Positions 21,762-32,627 of a stretch of DNA of 64,000 nucleotides are shown piece after piece; the stretch's first letter is position 1; each line of letters starts with the position of its first letter. A program made the translations under genes and the position numbers. This DNA is from a virus. Under the pieces are notes generated by a model. It saw nothing but the letters and a program-made list of their open reading frames with translations. It did not search any database and was not told the DNA's origin. The stretch covers positions 46,651 through 110,650 of IMG/VR virus record IMGVR_UViG_3300012347_000193; one strand, 5' to 3'.

Positions 21762-22531
21762 GAGGTGTTTTACTTTTTGCCTTTAATAATCCTACCACTG
21801 ATTATTACAAAATGGCAGTTGCAACAGCAAAGAGAATCGACTTCTTCTTAGACCTACCAGTGACTATTGTAACTGATTCACAACCAGAGAACCCAGAGTT
21901 CAACATTATTAACGTTAACGCTGAGACTAGCAACACTAAGGATAGTAACCCCTGGTATAATAAGGGTCGTTACAGGGCATATGAATTGTCCCCATATGAT
22001 GAAACAATCATTTTAGACACAGATTATCTAGTGAACAGCAGTCAATTATTAAAGTTATTCGATATCTATGATGGGTTCATGTGTCACGGATCAACGTTCT
22101 TTCTAACTGAAGGCACTGACGTAGAATATATTAGCGAACACAGTTTCAGAACACTATGGGCAACTGTGATTATCTTTGACAAGTCAGAGCGAAGCAAGCA
22201 TATATTTGAATGCTTGGAGATGGTACAGAACAACTACAGTCACTATATTAATCTCTATCACATAATGAGTCCAATGTATCGCAACGATTATGGAATCACA
22301 ATCGCTACCCGAATAGTTGATGGGCAACTAGATAACCCCGCTAACGTCATTCCCTGGGACTTGACACACGTTGGTAAAGATGTTATAGTGTATAGAGATA
22401 CGGGTGAGCTATTCAACACTGAATACACAATACTAAACACAAAAGGAAAACGACCTGAGTATATTAAAATTAAAGATATGGACTTTCATTGCATGAGCAA
22501 GACGACATATATGGAGCTAGTCGATGAGTAA
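21758..22531 (+). CDS. GT-A fold glycosyltransferase-like protein
   Basis: DxD motif in 'YELSPYDETIILDTD'; paralogue of the next gene. Confidence 0.65.
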   Translation: MRGVLLFAFNNPTTDYYKMAVATAKRIDFFLDLPVTIVTDSQPENPEFNIINVNAETSNTKDSNPWYNKGRYRAYELSPYDETIILDTDYLVNSSQLLKLFDIYDGFMCHGSTFFLTEGTDVEYISEHSFRTLWATVIIFDKSERSKHIFECLEMVQNNYSHYINLYHIMSPMYRNDYGITIATRIVDGQLDNPANVIPWDLTHVGKDVIVYRDTGELFNTEYTILNTKGKRPEYIKIKDMDFHCMSKTTYMELVDE

Positions 22532-23261
22532 AGGCTTCGTTATTATGGCACAGAACACCGACACGACCGACTACGTTGCATGTGCAGAACAACTAAAGAA
22601 CAGTATCCATCGTCATATGCCCGACGCCAATGTGACTATCATCACTGACTTACCTTATGGTAACTTGGGTGGCTTTCAGAATGATTGGCAAGTCTACGAA
22701 GCAAGCCCGTACGATTACACGATTAAGCTAGAAGCCGACATGGTCATGACAAAGAATGTTGACTATTGGTTCGATGTGCTGGCTATACAATCAGTGGTTG
22801 TCTGCGATACAATCAGAGACTACAAAGGTAACATCTCACCCGTAAAAGCGTACAGAGAGTTCACGCAAGTCAATAATCTGCCTGACGTATACAATGCCAT
22901 GACGTTCTTTAAGAAGTCAGAAGAAGCAAGACAGTTCTTTTTATTAGTGAGAGACATATTTGAACACTGGGACGACTACAAGGCAACACTAGTATGTGAT
23001 ACTGACGAAGAGGTAAGCACTGACTGGGTATACGCTATCGCTTGTCATATTATGGGTATAGAGAAGACGACATTGCCATATGATGACTTCAGTATGGTTC
23101 ATATGAAGCAACTGATTAACAACACTGCAACAGAAGATTGGACACAATCATTGGTGTATGAATTGAATGATTCGGTCAGAGTACAAACGATTCCTCAACT
23201 GTACCCATTTCATTACCATGTAAAGACGTTCGCTAAAGAACTAGAGAAGCATTATGGTTGA
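22524..23261 (+). CDS. GT-A fold glycosyltransferase-like protein
   Basis: 'YEASPYDYTIKLEAD' (ExD variant) and a C-terminal FHYH motif; paralogue of 21758-22531. Confidence 0.6.
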   Translation: MSKGFVIMAQNTDTTDYVACAEQLKNSIHRHMPDANVTIITDLPYGNLGGFQNDWQVYEASPYDYTIKLEADMVMTKNVDYWFDVLAIQSVVVCDTIRDYKGNISPVKAYREFTQVNNLPDVYNAMTFFKKSEEARQFFLLVRDIFEHWDDYKATLVCDTDEEVSTDWVYAIACHIMGIEKTTLPYDDFSMVHMKQLINNTATEDWTQSLVYELNDSVRVQTIPQLYPFHYHVKTFAKELEKHYG

Positions 23262-23538
23262 ATTCAGGCTTTATTATGATGACACAGGCAGAGCTTTATG
23301 TTATACTTGTGAGAATCTTGAGGGTAACTATTTGGTTATCGATGCCGACACATATCATCAATGTAGACCTGATGTTTACGTAGTCGATGGTAAGCTAATT
23401 AAGCGTGAGCAAGCAACAGTGATACAAAAATTAAAACCCTCAAACACTGGAGTAACTTGTAGTAGTGATGACATTACTATGATAGCTACTGAAGGGACAA
23501 CATGGGAACTAAAAACGAATGAGTACAGACATAATTGA
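23254..23538 (+). CDS. Hypothetical protein
   Basis: 94-aa ORF overlapping both neighbours in the operon. Confidence 0.65.
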   Translation: MVEFRLYYDDTGRALCYTCENLEGNYLVIDADTYHQCRPDVYVVDGKLIKREQATVIQKLKPSNTGVTCSSDDITMIATEGTTWELKTNEYRHN

Positions 23539-24466
23539 AGTACAGGACTTAGACTGCATCTATCTTAGCTATGATGAGCCACAAAAAGAAGAATTCTGGG
23601 TCAAGATTAAGAACATGGTACCCTGGGCCCGACGTGTCGACGGTGTTAAGGGCAGTGATGCGGCTCATAAAGCAGCCGCACAAGAATCTGATACTGAACG
23701 ATTTATTCTAATCGACGGTGACAACATGCCCGACATGAAGTTCTTTGATTTGACATTTGACTTCACTGGCAAAGATGAATCATACAAGAATGCACAATAC
23801 CGATGGAGAGCACGTAACGCTATCAACGGTTTGCAGTACGGCAACGGTGGTATGTCCAGCTGGACAAAAGACTATGTGATGAACATGAAGACACATGAGG
23901 CTAGTGATGGTAACAACACTACCACCGTTGACTTCTGCTTAGACTACGACAACAGTTTATACTGGAGTATGCACGATTGCTATTCGACCACTTACCCTAA
24001 TCAAAGTCCCTTTCAAGCATGGCGTGCAGGGTTTCGTGAAGGTGTAAAGATGTGCTTAGTCGGTGGGTTGACCCCGAGTATAAATGAGTTCAAACGCTCA
24101 GTACCTGGACGTAACTTCGACAATCTTACTATCTGGCACAACGTAGGTGCAGACGTAGAGAACGGCATCTGGGCTATTTACGGGGCAAGACTTGGAACAT
24201 ACATGACAATGTTACATGACTTTAATCCACAGCATGTTCAATGGTTCGATAATCTAGCTAAACTCTGGGAAGATTATAAGGACAGAGACCCTCATTATTC
24301 GTCAAAGTTCTTCGGTGAAGCGTTAAGTGATAAGCTAGACTTGCCAATGTGTACACTCTCAGCAGAGCAAAGTAAGTTCTTTAAACGTCACTGCGCAAAA
24401 GATAAACAAAATTTAGGTCCGTTAGTTAAAGAGATAGATATTATTAGAAAGTTAGAGGGCTGGTAA
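23519..24466 (+). CDS. Glycosyltransferase-like protein (GT-A like)
   Basis: Motifs 'DCIYLSYDEP', 'FILIDGDN' (DxD), 'NAINGLQYGNGG' and 'AWRAGFREGVK'. Homologous to the C-terminal domain of 34106-36244. Confidence 0.6.
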   Translation: MSTDIIEVQDLDCIYLSYDEPQKEEFWVKIKNMVPWARRVDGVKGSDAAHKAAAQESDTERFILIDGDNMPDMKFFDLTFDFTGKDESYKNAQYRWRARNAINGLQYGNGGMSSWTKDYVMNMKTHEASDGNNTTTVDFCLDYDNSLYWSMHDCYSTTYPNQSPFQAWRAGFREGVKMCLVGGLTPSINEFKRSVPGRNFDNLTIWHNVGADVENGIWAIYGARLGTYMTMLHDFNPQHVQWFDNLAKLWEDYKDRDPHYSSKFFGEALSDKLDLPMCTLSAEQSKFFKRHCAKDKQNLGPLVKEIDIIRKLEGW

Positions 24467-25848
24467 TGAACCACAATGAACGTGCTAAAAAAGTACAACA
24501 AGAGATAAATGATGTAAGCCCTAGCTTCTGTGTAGCTAAGTGGAAGCAAGTTACAATGCACTTGCAAAACGGACACACCCACTCGTGTCATCACCCGGGG
24601 ACTCACTATGTCTCTGTGAATGAGATTAAACGCAACCCAACAGCATTGCATAACAGTGAATTCAAAAAGACACTAAGAAAACAGATGCTTGAGGGTGTTA
24701 GACCAACTGAATGTGATTACTGCTGGCGAGTAGAAGATGCCGGTGAGATTTCCGACAGAACTTATAAAAGTTCAGACCCTTCATGGGCTTATGAACACAT
24801 TCAAGATATCGCAACTAGACCATGGGATGACAACATCGATCCTAGCTATGTTGAAGTTAGCTTTAGTAATGTATGTAACTTTAAGTGCAGTTATTGCAGT
24901 CCTAATATCTCTAGTCAATGGATGGAAGAAATCGAGCGTCATGGTGCATATCCAACATCGTCTAACTATAATGACTTGACATACTTACAGTCTAGAAATC
25001 AAATACCTATTCCGAATAGAGAAGAAAATCCCTACGTGGATGCTTTCTGGAACTGGTTCCCTGACATGTACAAGAGCTTGAAACACTTTAGAATTACTGG
25101 TGGCGAACCTCTATTGAGCAAAGATACCTTTAAGGTATTAGACTACATTATCGCAAATCCTAACCCAGACTTAGAAGTTTCTATTAATACTAATATGAAC
25201 CCGCCTAAGGAATTGTTTAACAGATTCTTAGAAAAGGTAAAGATTATTATCAACGAAAAGAAAGTAAAACGATTTAAATTGTTCACTAGTGCAGAAGCAC
25301 ATGGGAAACAAGCAGAGTATATCCGTCATGGCATGAACTATAATGAGTGGTTAGAGAACATCCATCATGCTTATAAAGAAATTCCGACGCTGCAATTTAC
25401 TATTATGAGCACTTACAATATTCTAAGTCTCACTACGTACATTCCTTTCTTGCAGGATATACTAGCTATCAAGAAACAATACGGTACTGCAACATATGAC
25501 CCTGTACTGCTAGATATTCCATACTTGCGATACCCGAGCCATCAAAGCATCTTTATCATGGAGCCATTACAATTAGAATTGATTAAGTCCCACTATGAAT
25601 TTATGTGCAATAACACAGAAGGTGCGGAGAAAAATCGAGGATTCCATGACTATGAGATTGAGAAACTAAAGCGCATATATAACACTGCTGTTAGTACACT
25701 GAATAACCAAGTTACTGACACTACACTTTATGCGAACCGCAAAGACTTTACTATATTTGTAGATGAACATGACAAGCGCAGAGGGACTAACTTTTTAGAA
25801 ACCTTCCCCGAATTAGAAGATTTTTATGAACTTAGTAAGGGAACTTAA
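24466..25848 (+). CDS. Radical SAM protein with N-terminal SPASM/twitch-like Cys cluster
   Basis: CNFKCSYC (CX3CX2C), TGGEPLL, and N-terminal FC...SCHH...ECDYCW. Confidence 0.9.
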   Translation: MNHNERAKKVQQEINDVSPSFCVAKWKQVTMHLQNGHTHSCHHPGTHYVSVNEIKRNPTALHNSEFKKTLRKQMLEGVRPTECDYCWRVEDAGEISDRTYKSSDPSWAYEHIQDIATRPWDDNIDPSYVEVSFSNVCNFKCSYCSPNISSQWMEEIERHGAYPTSSNYNDLTYLQSRNQIPIPNREENPYVDAFWNWFPDMYKSLKHFRITGGEPLLSKDTFKVLDYIIANPNPDLEVSINTNMNPPKELFNRFLEKVKIIINEKKVKRFKLFTSAEAHGKQAEYIRHGMNYNEWLENIHHAYKEIPTLQFTIMSTYNILSLTTYIPFLQDILAIKKQYGTATYDPVLLDIPYLRYPSHQSIFIMEPLQLELIKSHYEFMCNNTEGAEKNRGFHDYEIEKLKRIYNTAVSTLNNQVTDTTLYANRKDFTIFVDEHDKRRGTNFLETFPELEDFYELSKGT

Positions 25849-27291
25849 ATGACACAGCCTACAAAATATACTGTACCCTTTCTATATGATTATGTGTTCC
25901 CTAGTTACGTATTACCCAACGCACTGATTACAGAGATGGGTATCATTAACTACATGCATACCCTACATTCGAATAAAATAGAAAAAAATAGAGATTTTTT
26001 CGACAAGGTTGAGGGTTTTAAAGACCAGACCCCGGTAGTAGCACTATTCGGGGATGCATTTGGATCTTGGCCTAATAGCCTCTCAAGTTCTAATCTGTAT
26101 AGCCCTTGTTATTCAAACCATTTGGATGCAAAGATTGAATCTGTCTTTCTTGGTAAACCAAAAGGTGAAAACTCTCAGTTTAAACGTTATGTCTACTTAA
26201 TACGAATAACTCCGCATTTAGATATGTTTACGGGAGTAGCACCTATCGGAAGTAAGATGAACGGTGAGTATTTCTGGAAGCACATGTCAGCCGAAGCATT
26301 ACGTGACGCCCAACAAGGTACTGCTGTTATCTTATTAGACTATGGGCAAGAAAACTTTGTTGAGAGAGAAACGTATGTTAACTTACATAGAGGATTAGAA
26401 AATTCAGGAATACATAGTTCTAATATTATTTTAGCAATTAACAGTTTCAACGCAAAAGAAGTATACGAGTCTTGGTTTACACCCGAAGAACGTCAAATCG
26501 AAGTTTTTAATTGGCCCTTTGTTATCGTAAATTCAATCGAAGAATTTTTCAAGAACCCTAGCATCCGTGTTAGTCTTCAAGATTTCCAAGCATCACGTAA
26601 CACCCTGCGAGACAACCATTATTTATTGAAGATTCGCAGAGCAAGGGTCCATCGTCAGGCACTGTTATTTAAGTTAGCCTCGGAAGATTTATTGCAATAC
26701 GCAGACTGGTCGTGTTTGTCCCCGATAGAATTGAATCAATACGAGTTATTAGGTTTAACCCAGCGTTACAGATTCGAATTCAATGAATCAAAGATTAACG
26801 AATTATTGACACAGATACCTAAAACATTAAATCACGAAAGTGTATTAGATTATACACAGATTAGTGCATGGACAGATACTAACCCTGACGCACATATTTC
26901 ATCCTACTTCTACGTGTGTACAGAAACATATACTCACGGTGAGCATAAGTCTTTAACTGAAAAGGTCTTTAAGCCTATTGCTAACTTTCAACCATTCTTG
27001 TTCATGGCTTATCCCGGAGCACTCAAACTATTAAAGTCTTTGGGTTTTAAGACCTTTAGCCCGTTTATTGACGAAACATATGATGACGAACCGGACGAAG
27101 GTAAACGTTTGGGTATGATTTACCAAGAGATAGCTAGATTATCTACTATGAGCAAGGAAGAAATTCATAATTGGTATTGGTCAATGGAAGAAATTCTAAT
27201 ACATAATCAACGTCATTTATTAAGTCTCAGAGATGATGAGGGTCTTACTACCGGATTGATAAAATATCTACACACGAGGGTAACTCAATAA
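25849..27291 (+). CDS. Phage glycosyltransferase-like protein
   Basis: C-terminal 'ET...LTEKVFKPI...QPF...LKSLGFKTF..FIDE.YD' module, shared with 28455-29843. Confidence 0.5.
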   Translation: MTQPTKYTVPFLYDYVFPSYVLPNALITEMGIINYMHTLHSNKIEKNRDFFDKVEGFKDQTPVVALFGDAFGSWPNSLSSSNLYSPCYSNHLDAKIESVFLGKPKGENSQFKRYVYLIRITPHLDMFTGVAPIGSKMNGEYFWKHMSAEALRDAQQGTAVILLDYGQENFVERETYVNLHRGLENSGIHSSNIILAINSFNAKEVYESWFTPEERQIEVFNWPFVIVNSIEEFFKNPSIRVSLQDFQASRNTLRDNHYLLKIRRARVHRQALLFKLASEDLLQYADWSCLSPIELNQYELLGLTQRYRFEFNESKINELLTQIPKTLNHESVLDYTQISAWTDTNPDAHISSYFYVCTETYTHGEHKSLTEKVFKPIANFQPFLFMAYPGALKLLKSLGFKTFSPFIDETYDDEPDEGKRLGMIYQEIARLSTMSKEEIHNWYWSMEEILIHNQRHLLSLRDDEGLTTGLIKYLHTRVTQ

Positions 27292-27301
27292 ATATTTTGC
27301 T

Positions 27302-27847
27302 ATGAATTACAAAAACAACAGTTGGGACCATTTCGCTGTATCATACTTGAACACATTTGGCACTGACGTTCCGGTATATTCCCCCTCAGTATACCGTGAA
27401 TATCGCGGGGAAATCTTCACAACATATCACTCAACCCAGCACCCTGTAAGCAAGTTATTGCCCAATCAAGTTAACGTTCACGGAAGATTCTCAAAGTCAT
27501 ATAAGAATGTGCTCAGAGGACTACATTATGACAACAAGACTTGGAAACTAGTTCAAGCATTAGTAGGGGACATTTACTTAGTTGTATTAGATGTTAGAGA
27601 AGACAGTGCGACTTTCGGTAAATGGGAATCATATATCATCAGTGAAAAGACAAGAGACCAAGTATTAATCCCACCGGGGTTTGCTAACGGGCATTATGCT
27701 CTTACAGACTGTATCTTTCACTATAACTTATTCTACGAGGGCGACTACGTAGACGAGAATCAGCAGGGCGTTATTAAATGGAACGACACACGATTCAATA
27801 TCGAATGGCCTACAGATAAACCAACATTACAAAGACGAGACAGATGA
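27302..27847 (+). CDS. rmlC: dTDP-4-dehydrorhamnose 3,5-epimerase family (cupin)
   Basis: Motifs RG.F, S..NVLRGLH, KLV....G.I..V.LD.R..S.TFGKW, IPPGFANGH and I.WND. Confidence 0.85.
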   Translation: MNYKNNSWDHFAVSYLNTFGTDVPVYSPSVYREYRGEIFTTYHSTQHPVSKLLPNQVNVHGRFSKSYKNVLRGLHYDNKTWKLVQALVGDIYLVVLDVREDSATFGKWESYIISEKTRDQVLIPPGFANGHYALTDCIFHYNLFYEGDYVDENQQGVIKWNDTRFNIEWPTDKPTLQRRDR

Positions 27848-28470
27848 CTAACTTAGAACAATACCCTATCGTGCGTGAAGCACAATATACCAAAGATGAC
27901 TTGATTAATTTTGAGAATTTAATCGTAAGTCACTGGGAAAATGCTAAAATTAGAGGCCCAGTACATCTATCTAGTAACAATGAAGAACAACTAATTGAGA
28001 TATTCAAAAGAATTAAAACAACTGATTGGGTTTTTAGTACTTGGCGTAATCATTATCATGCTATGTTAAAAGGTATCGATCCTTCATATATTGAGAACGA
28101 GATATTAAAAGGTAAATCAATCAGTGTGTGTAATATTGACGAGAAGTTTTATAGTTCCGCAATCGTTGGCGGCACACTCTCTATTGCATTAGGAGTAGCA
28201 CAATCTATTAAATCTAAGGGTGGTACGGACAAAGTCTGGTGCTTCATCGGGGACATGAGTTTTGAATCAGGTCTTTTCTATGAAGTACACAAATACGCAC
28301 GTAACTTTGATTTGCCATTGTACTTTATTGTAGAAGACAATGATGTTTCTACGTACACACCCACTGTCGTTACTTGGGCAAAGAAACGTGAAATCCCTTC
28401 AGATGTGATTCATTATAACTACACAAGCAAATACCCTCACTACGGTACAGGTAAATGGATAATGTTTTGA
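27844..28470 (+). CDS. TPP-dependent dehydrogenase E1 alpha-like subunit (short)
   Basis: Motifs GPVHLS, STWRNHYH, SAIVGG and the TPP-binding motif GD...EDN. Confidence 0.85.
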   Translation: MTNLEQYPIVREAQYTKDDLINFENLIVSHWENAKIRGPVHLSSNNEEQLIEIFKRIKTTDWVFSTWRNHYHAMLKGIDPSYIENEILKGKSISVCNIDEKFYSSAIVGGTLSIALGVAQSIKSKGGTDKVWCFIGDMSFESGLFYEVHKYARNFDLPLYFIVEDNDVSTYTPTVVTWAKKREIPSDVIHYNYTSKYPHYGTGKWIMF

Positions 28471-29843
28471 AGTTAGTATATGATAACTGGATGCTTAATG
28501 GATTCCCGTTACCCAACGGTCGTCATCCTATTGTCAATCAACTAATTATTAGAGATAGTAGTGAAGCATGGCATATAGCACAAACTAACGTACAACAAAC
28601 AATTTCAGGTAATATTTACGCCTTTGACCACTCTAACTTTTGGACAAACGCTAAGAAACACCTATCAAGAGAAGATATTGTCAATCCTGCACAAGTAGAA
28701 GACAGTTCTTGTGTGTATATCTGGCCTATTGAGATTGTAACAACTATTAACTCAGTATATGAACCAATTGAGATGACAGTTGACGGGAACACTATTACTT
28801 ACACAATAGTTGATACAATGAGCCCGGAACTTCTCAAGCTAGTACAACAGGGCAAAGTCAAGATAATGATTAACTTGGCACATGATCCTTTAGATGATGG
28901 GTTCCACTTAATTAAAATTGAGACATATTTTAATCAGTATGGAATAAAAGGCAGTGACATTATATTTGTTCCTGGTAACGACCTACGCGGTGAACGAAAC
29001 AAGTACTTCCCTGAATGCACAATAAACATTGTACCATCAGTGATGATGATTACTAGACAGTTCGCAGCAATATCACAGGATTATCCCTCAGTAACCAGTC
29101 TGGGATATGTTTCAGATATCATGCGAGAAGAGGATTTAGATAGAAATCGAATAAGACCTAAGGTCTTTTTATGCTTCAATCGTAGTATGCGCCCACATAG
29201 ATATCTAATGGCTTACTATGCGTTGAAACTAGGCTTGCTACCTGATAGCATTTTCAGCTTTTTGAACCGTCATGGACAACGTGTTGGCGATATTAAGCAA
29301 ATGATTGAACGATACCATCCAGATGAAACTGATAGCAACATGTATGCACAGACTATCCATGACATGATTCCATATGAGTTAGATACCCAACATTTAACTC
29401 AGGATGAGCGTCAGGGCTTTAGTATTGCAAACAACCGCAAAGACTTGTACAATGACACTTACGTTCATATCACTATGGAAACTAGATTCATTTACGGTGA
29501 GACCCCGTTCATAAGTGAGAAAACATGGCGCCCCATTATTAATCTACAACCCTTCATATTCGTAGGGAACGTTCACTCACTGAAACTATTACAAGAACTT
29601 GGATTTAAGACGTTTGCACCCTTCATTGACGAATCATACGATGATGAAATGAACCCCGTGATTAGGTTCAATATGATTTATAAAGAGATAGAAAAGATTA
29701 AAAATCTACCAATAGAAGAACTACATAATTGGTACTATTCAATTACTGATATTCTTCTACATAACCAGAAACATATAGACACATTTGCATCAACTAATCC
29801 GTTTTTAGAAGTATTTGAAGAAATTAAGAAAGTATACACATGA
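28455..29843 (+). CDS. Phage glycosyltransferase-like protein
   Basis: 'FLCFNR..RPHR' and 'ET...FISEKTWRPI...QPF...LGFKTF'; paralogue of 25849-27291. Confidence 0.5.
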   Translation: MDNVLKLVYDNWMLNGFPLPNGRHPIVNQLIIRDSSEAWHIAQTNVQQTISGNIYAFDHSNFWTNAKKHLSREDIVNPAQVEDSSCVYIWPIEIVTTINSVYEPIEMTVDGNTITYTIVDTMSPELLKLVQQGKVKIMINLAHDPLDDGFHLIKIETYFNQYGIKGSDIIFVPGNDLRGERNKYFPECTINIVPSVMMITRQFAAISQDYPSVTSLGYVSDIMREEDLDRNRIRPKVFLCFNRSMRPHRYLMAYYALKLGLLPDSIFSFLNRHGQRVGDIKQMIERYHPDETDSNMYAQTIHDMIPYELDTQHLTQDERQGFSIANNRKDLYNDTYVHITMETRFIYGETPFISEKTWRPIINLQPFIFVGNVHSLKLLQELGFKTFAPFIDESYDDEMNPVIRFNMIYKEIEKIKNLPIEELHNWYYSITDILLHNQKHIDTFASTNPFLEVFEEIKKVYT

Positions 29844-30778
29844 TTAAAGTATTAATTACCGGGGGAGCAGGATATCTTGGCTCTACACTAGCAGAACATT
29901 TATTGAATAAGGGTTATTATGTCACAGTACTTGATAACCTAATGTTTAAACAACTGTCAGTATTACACCTATTCAAATACAACTGTTTTAAGTTTATTCA
30001 GGGTGATGTTAGAGATACTGAGAAGTTATTAGAGATAGTAACAGAGCATGACGTTATCATTCCCCTAGCTGCCATTGTGGGTATGCCTGCTTGTAAGGCT
30101 AATCCAGAACTAGCGGTAGATGTTAACTTTAAACACATTGATAACATTGTTAAAGTATTACGCAAAAATCAAAAAATAATACTACCCAATACTAACAGTC
30201 AGTACGGGTCATCGGACAAAGTTATCACAGAAGAATCACCCTTCAAGCCATTGTCACTGTATGCACAAACTAAGTGTGACGCAGAAGATAGCGTATTAAA
30301 GAATGGGAACGGGGTAGTTTTACGATTGGCAACAGTGTTCGGGGTCAGCCCACGAATGCGTCAGGACTTATTGGTCAATGACTTTGTGTATAAATCGGTC
30401 ACTGATGGGTATCTAGTTTTATTTGAGGCACACTTCAAACGCAACTATATACATGTACGAGACATTGCCCGCACCTTTGAATTTATGATAGAGAACTATG
30501 ATAAGTGCAAAGGACAAGCATTTAACGTAGGGCTATCAACTGCTAACTTGAGCAAACTTGAGTTAGCATTAAAGATTAAGGAATTTGTTCCAAACTTAGT
30601 TATTAAGCAAGACGAGTTTAAAGAAGACTTTGACAAACGAAACTACATCGTTTCCAATGAGAAACTTGAGAGTTTGGGTTGGAGACCTTACTATAGCTTA
30701 GACTATGGAATTAAGCAATTGATTGACGCTTATCCTTTAATCATAACACACAACAATAGAAATTTCACAAACTTATGA
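29840..30778 (+). CDS. NAD-dependent epimerase/dehydratase (extended SDR)
   Basis: TGGAGYLG, YxxxK (YAQTK), LRLATVFG and RNYIHVRD. Confidence 0.92.
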   Translation: MIKVLITGGAGYLGSTLAEHLLNKGYYVTVLDNLMFKQLSVLHLFKYNCFKFIQGDVRDTEKLLEIVTEHDVIIPLAAIVGMPACKANPELAVDVNFKHIDNIVKVLRKNQKIILPNTNSQYGSSDKVITEESPFKPLSLYAQTKCDAEDSVLKNGNGVVLRLATVFGVSPRMRQDLLVNDFVYKSVTDGYLVLFEAHFKRNYIHVRDIARTFEFMIENYDKCKGQAFNVGLSTANLSKLELALKIKEFVPNLVIKQDEFKEDFDKRNYIVSNEKLESLGWRPYYSLDYGIKQLIDAYPLIITHNNRNFTNL

Positions 30779-31218
30779 CACAACGCAGATATATCCAAAC
30801 ACTATCAGAATTAATTGACCGTCTATCAATCGTTCAATTAAAAGAAGTCTTTATTGTCGAGCATAAAAAAGAATACGCACAAGAAATTAGTGATATTGTA
30901 CATGATATTCAGTTAATCCTTGACGAGAATGATGGTAAAGTAACAGCAGAAACTATTCGTGCTATCATTGTTGTATCACAGATGAATCTACATATCTGGC
31001 ACAATGAATCAAACTACCGTCGTGGAATCAAAGACGGAAACAATCTTGAATTAACTCACGGATTGAACGGTATTCGTAACACTAGTAAGAACATTATCCA
31101 AGAGTGTGTCGGTGGACGCAAAGACTATAAAGTAGATTGCTTGGCGGCAGACTTTAATGGTTGGGAAGTCTCTTGGGGTCGTGACGTTACAGAAGATAAT
31201 AAGCCATCAGTACCATGA
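30775..31218 (+). CDS. Hypothetical helical protein (DUF4254-like)
   Basis: 'ELIDRLSIVQLK' and 'N..IWH.E...R' resemble small helical proteins found in glycan loci. Confidence 0.45.
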   Translation: MTQRRYIQTLSELIDRLSIVQLKEVFIVEHKKEYAQEISDIVHDIQLILDENDGKVTAETIRAIIVVSQMNLHIWHNESNYRRGIKDGNNLELTHGLNGIRNTSKNIIQECVGGRKDYKVDCLAADFNGWEVSWGRDVTEDNKPSVP

Positions 31219-31751
31219 GTCAACCACAACTTTCCCCATATAAAGACGCATTAACAGATGCAATGACTAAACTAGCACAAGATGACAATGTTGTGTTTGT
31301 GGGTCAGCAGATTGTATATGCGGGTAACCCAATGAGTACTACACTTACCAACGTTCCTAAGGACAAAATGATTGAACTTCCTGTATTAGAAGAAGTACAG
31401 ATGGGCATGACTTTGGGGTTAGCAATGGAAGGCAAGACTGTAGTATCATTCTACCCACGTTGGGACTTTATTGTTTCAGCTACTAATCAACTGGTCAATC
31501 ACGTTGACAAGTACGAGATTATGACGGGCAAACGCGCCAATATCTTAGTACGATTGGGTAAGGGCTCAGATAACCCACTAGACCCGGGACCTCAGCACAA
31601 GAACAATTACTTCACTGAGTTTAGTTCTATGTGTCCTAATATTACCTTCCATGACATGCACAAACCCGCAGATATCGCCAAGGCTTACGAAGAAGCTAGT
31701 AAAGGTGGTGTGCATGTGTTAGTAGAATATCCTGAATTATATTACGTTTAA
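31215..31751 (+). CDS. TPP-dependent E1 beta / transketolase pyrimidine-binding subunit (short)
   Basis: 'A...LA.D..VVFVGQ', 'IELPVLEE..MG...GLA..G', 'NQLVNH' and 'GPQH'. Confidence 0.85.
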   Translation: MSQPQLSPYKDALTDAMTKLAQDDNVVFVGQQIVYAGNPMSTTLTNVPKDKMIELPVLEEVQMGMTLGLAMEGKTVVSFYPRWDFIVSATNQLVNHVDKYEIMTGKRANILVRLGKGSDNPLDPGPQHKNNYFTEFSSMCPNITFHDMHKPADIAKAYEEASKGGVHVLVEYPELYYV

Positions 31752-32528
31752 ATGGACGATTTTAAAAAATATAAAAGATTCTTTGCATTCGGGTGTAGCT
31801 TCACAAACTATCATTGGCCAACATGGGCTGATATTATCGGTGCAGAGATTCCTGAATATTATAACTACGGAAACCCCGGTTCTGGTAACACATACATATT
31901 TTCAAGTATAGTAGAAGCAAACATTAGACACAAGTTTACTAAAGATGATTTGATTATTGTAATGTGGTCTAGCTTAGACCGTGAAGATAGATATATTGAC
32001 GATTGCTGGCAAGCAAAGGGCAGTGTGTTCCGTTCACTTGACAACTTCTACGACAAAGATTTTGTTATGAAATATGTAGATTCTAGGGGTTTCTTTATCA
32101 GAGATGCCACTATGATTTCAGCTACATGTGAGATGTTAAAAGAAATAGACTACCATTTTCTAAGCATGGTTCCAATTAATAACGCAGAGTTCAAGGAGAA
32201 AGAAAAGACGGAAGATTATCTACAAGTCTTTTTTGAAGAAGGCTTGACTCAAGTTAAACCCAGCGTTTGGGAAACTGTTTATAACTGTGACTGGACGCAA
32301 CATAGTATTGTGAAATATTTGGATAAAAAGGGTAAGGAACAGAATGATTTGCACCCTACTCCCATGCTGCACTTATTATATCTGCAACGCACATTTCCTA
32401 AAATTAATATAAAGTCAGAGACTGTAGAGTACTTAGAGGAACAAGAAAAAATAATATATTCTGAGAAGTACTTTGACCGCACTAAGTACTCTTTCACTAA
32501 TACAAGAAAAAAGCACAACAGAATATGA
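31752..32528 (+). CDS. SGNH/GDSL-like hydrolase or acyltransferase
   Basis: FGCSFT, G.GN and a C-terminal DLHP motif. Confidence 0.55.
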   Translation: MDDFKKYKRFFAFGCSFTNYHWPTWADIIGAEIPEYYNYGNPGSGNTYIFSSIVEANIRHKFTKDDLIIVMWSSLDREDRYIDDCWQAKGSVFRSLDNFYDKDFVMKYVDSRGFFIRDATMISATCEMLKEIDYHFLSMVPINNAEFKEKEKTEDYLQVFFEEGLTQVKPSVWETVYNCDWTQHSIVKYLDKKGKEQNDLHPTPMLHLLYLQRTFPKINIKSETVEYLEEQEKIIYSEKYFDRTKYSFTNTRKKHNRI

Positions 32529-32626
32529 TTGATTTTATTAAAAAGTTAATTGACCGTATTAAACGAGAATACAAGTATCGCAAACGGTTAAAAGAAATGA
32601 AAAAACGAGACCCGTTTATCTACTGA
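32525..32626 (+). CDS. 33-aa basic peptide MIDFIKKLIDRIKREYKYRKRLKEMKKRDPFIY, absent from the ORF track
   Basis: Exactly fills the gap: ATGA overlap upstream and 1 nt before the carbamoyltransferase ATG. Confidence 0.7.
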   Translation: MIDFIKKLIDRIKREYKYRKRLKEMKKRDPFIY

Positions 32627-32627
32627 T

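Noticed and set aside
27844-31751. Pyruvate dehydrogenase as an auxiliary metabolic gene
   Set aside because: The subunits are short, separated and embedded among sugar-nucleotide genes, with no E2 or E3 in the window.
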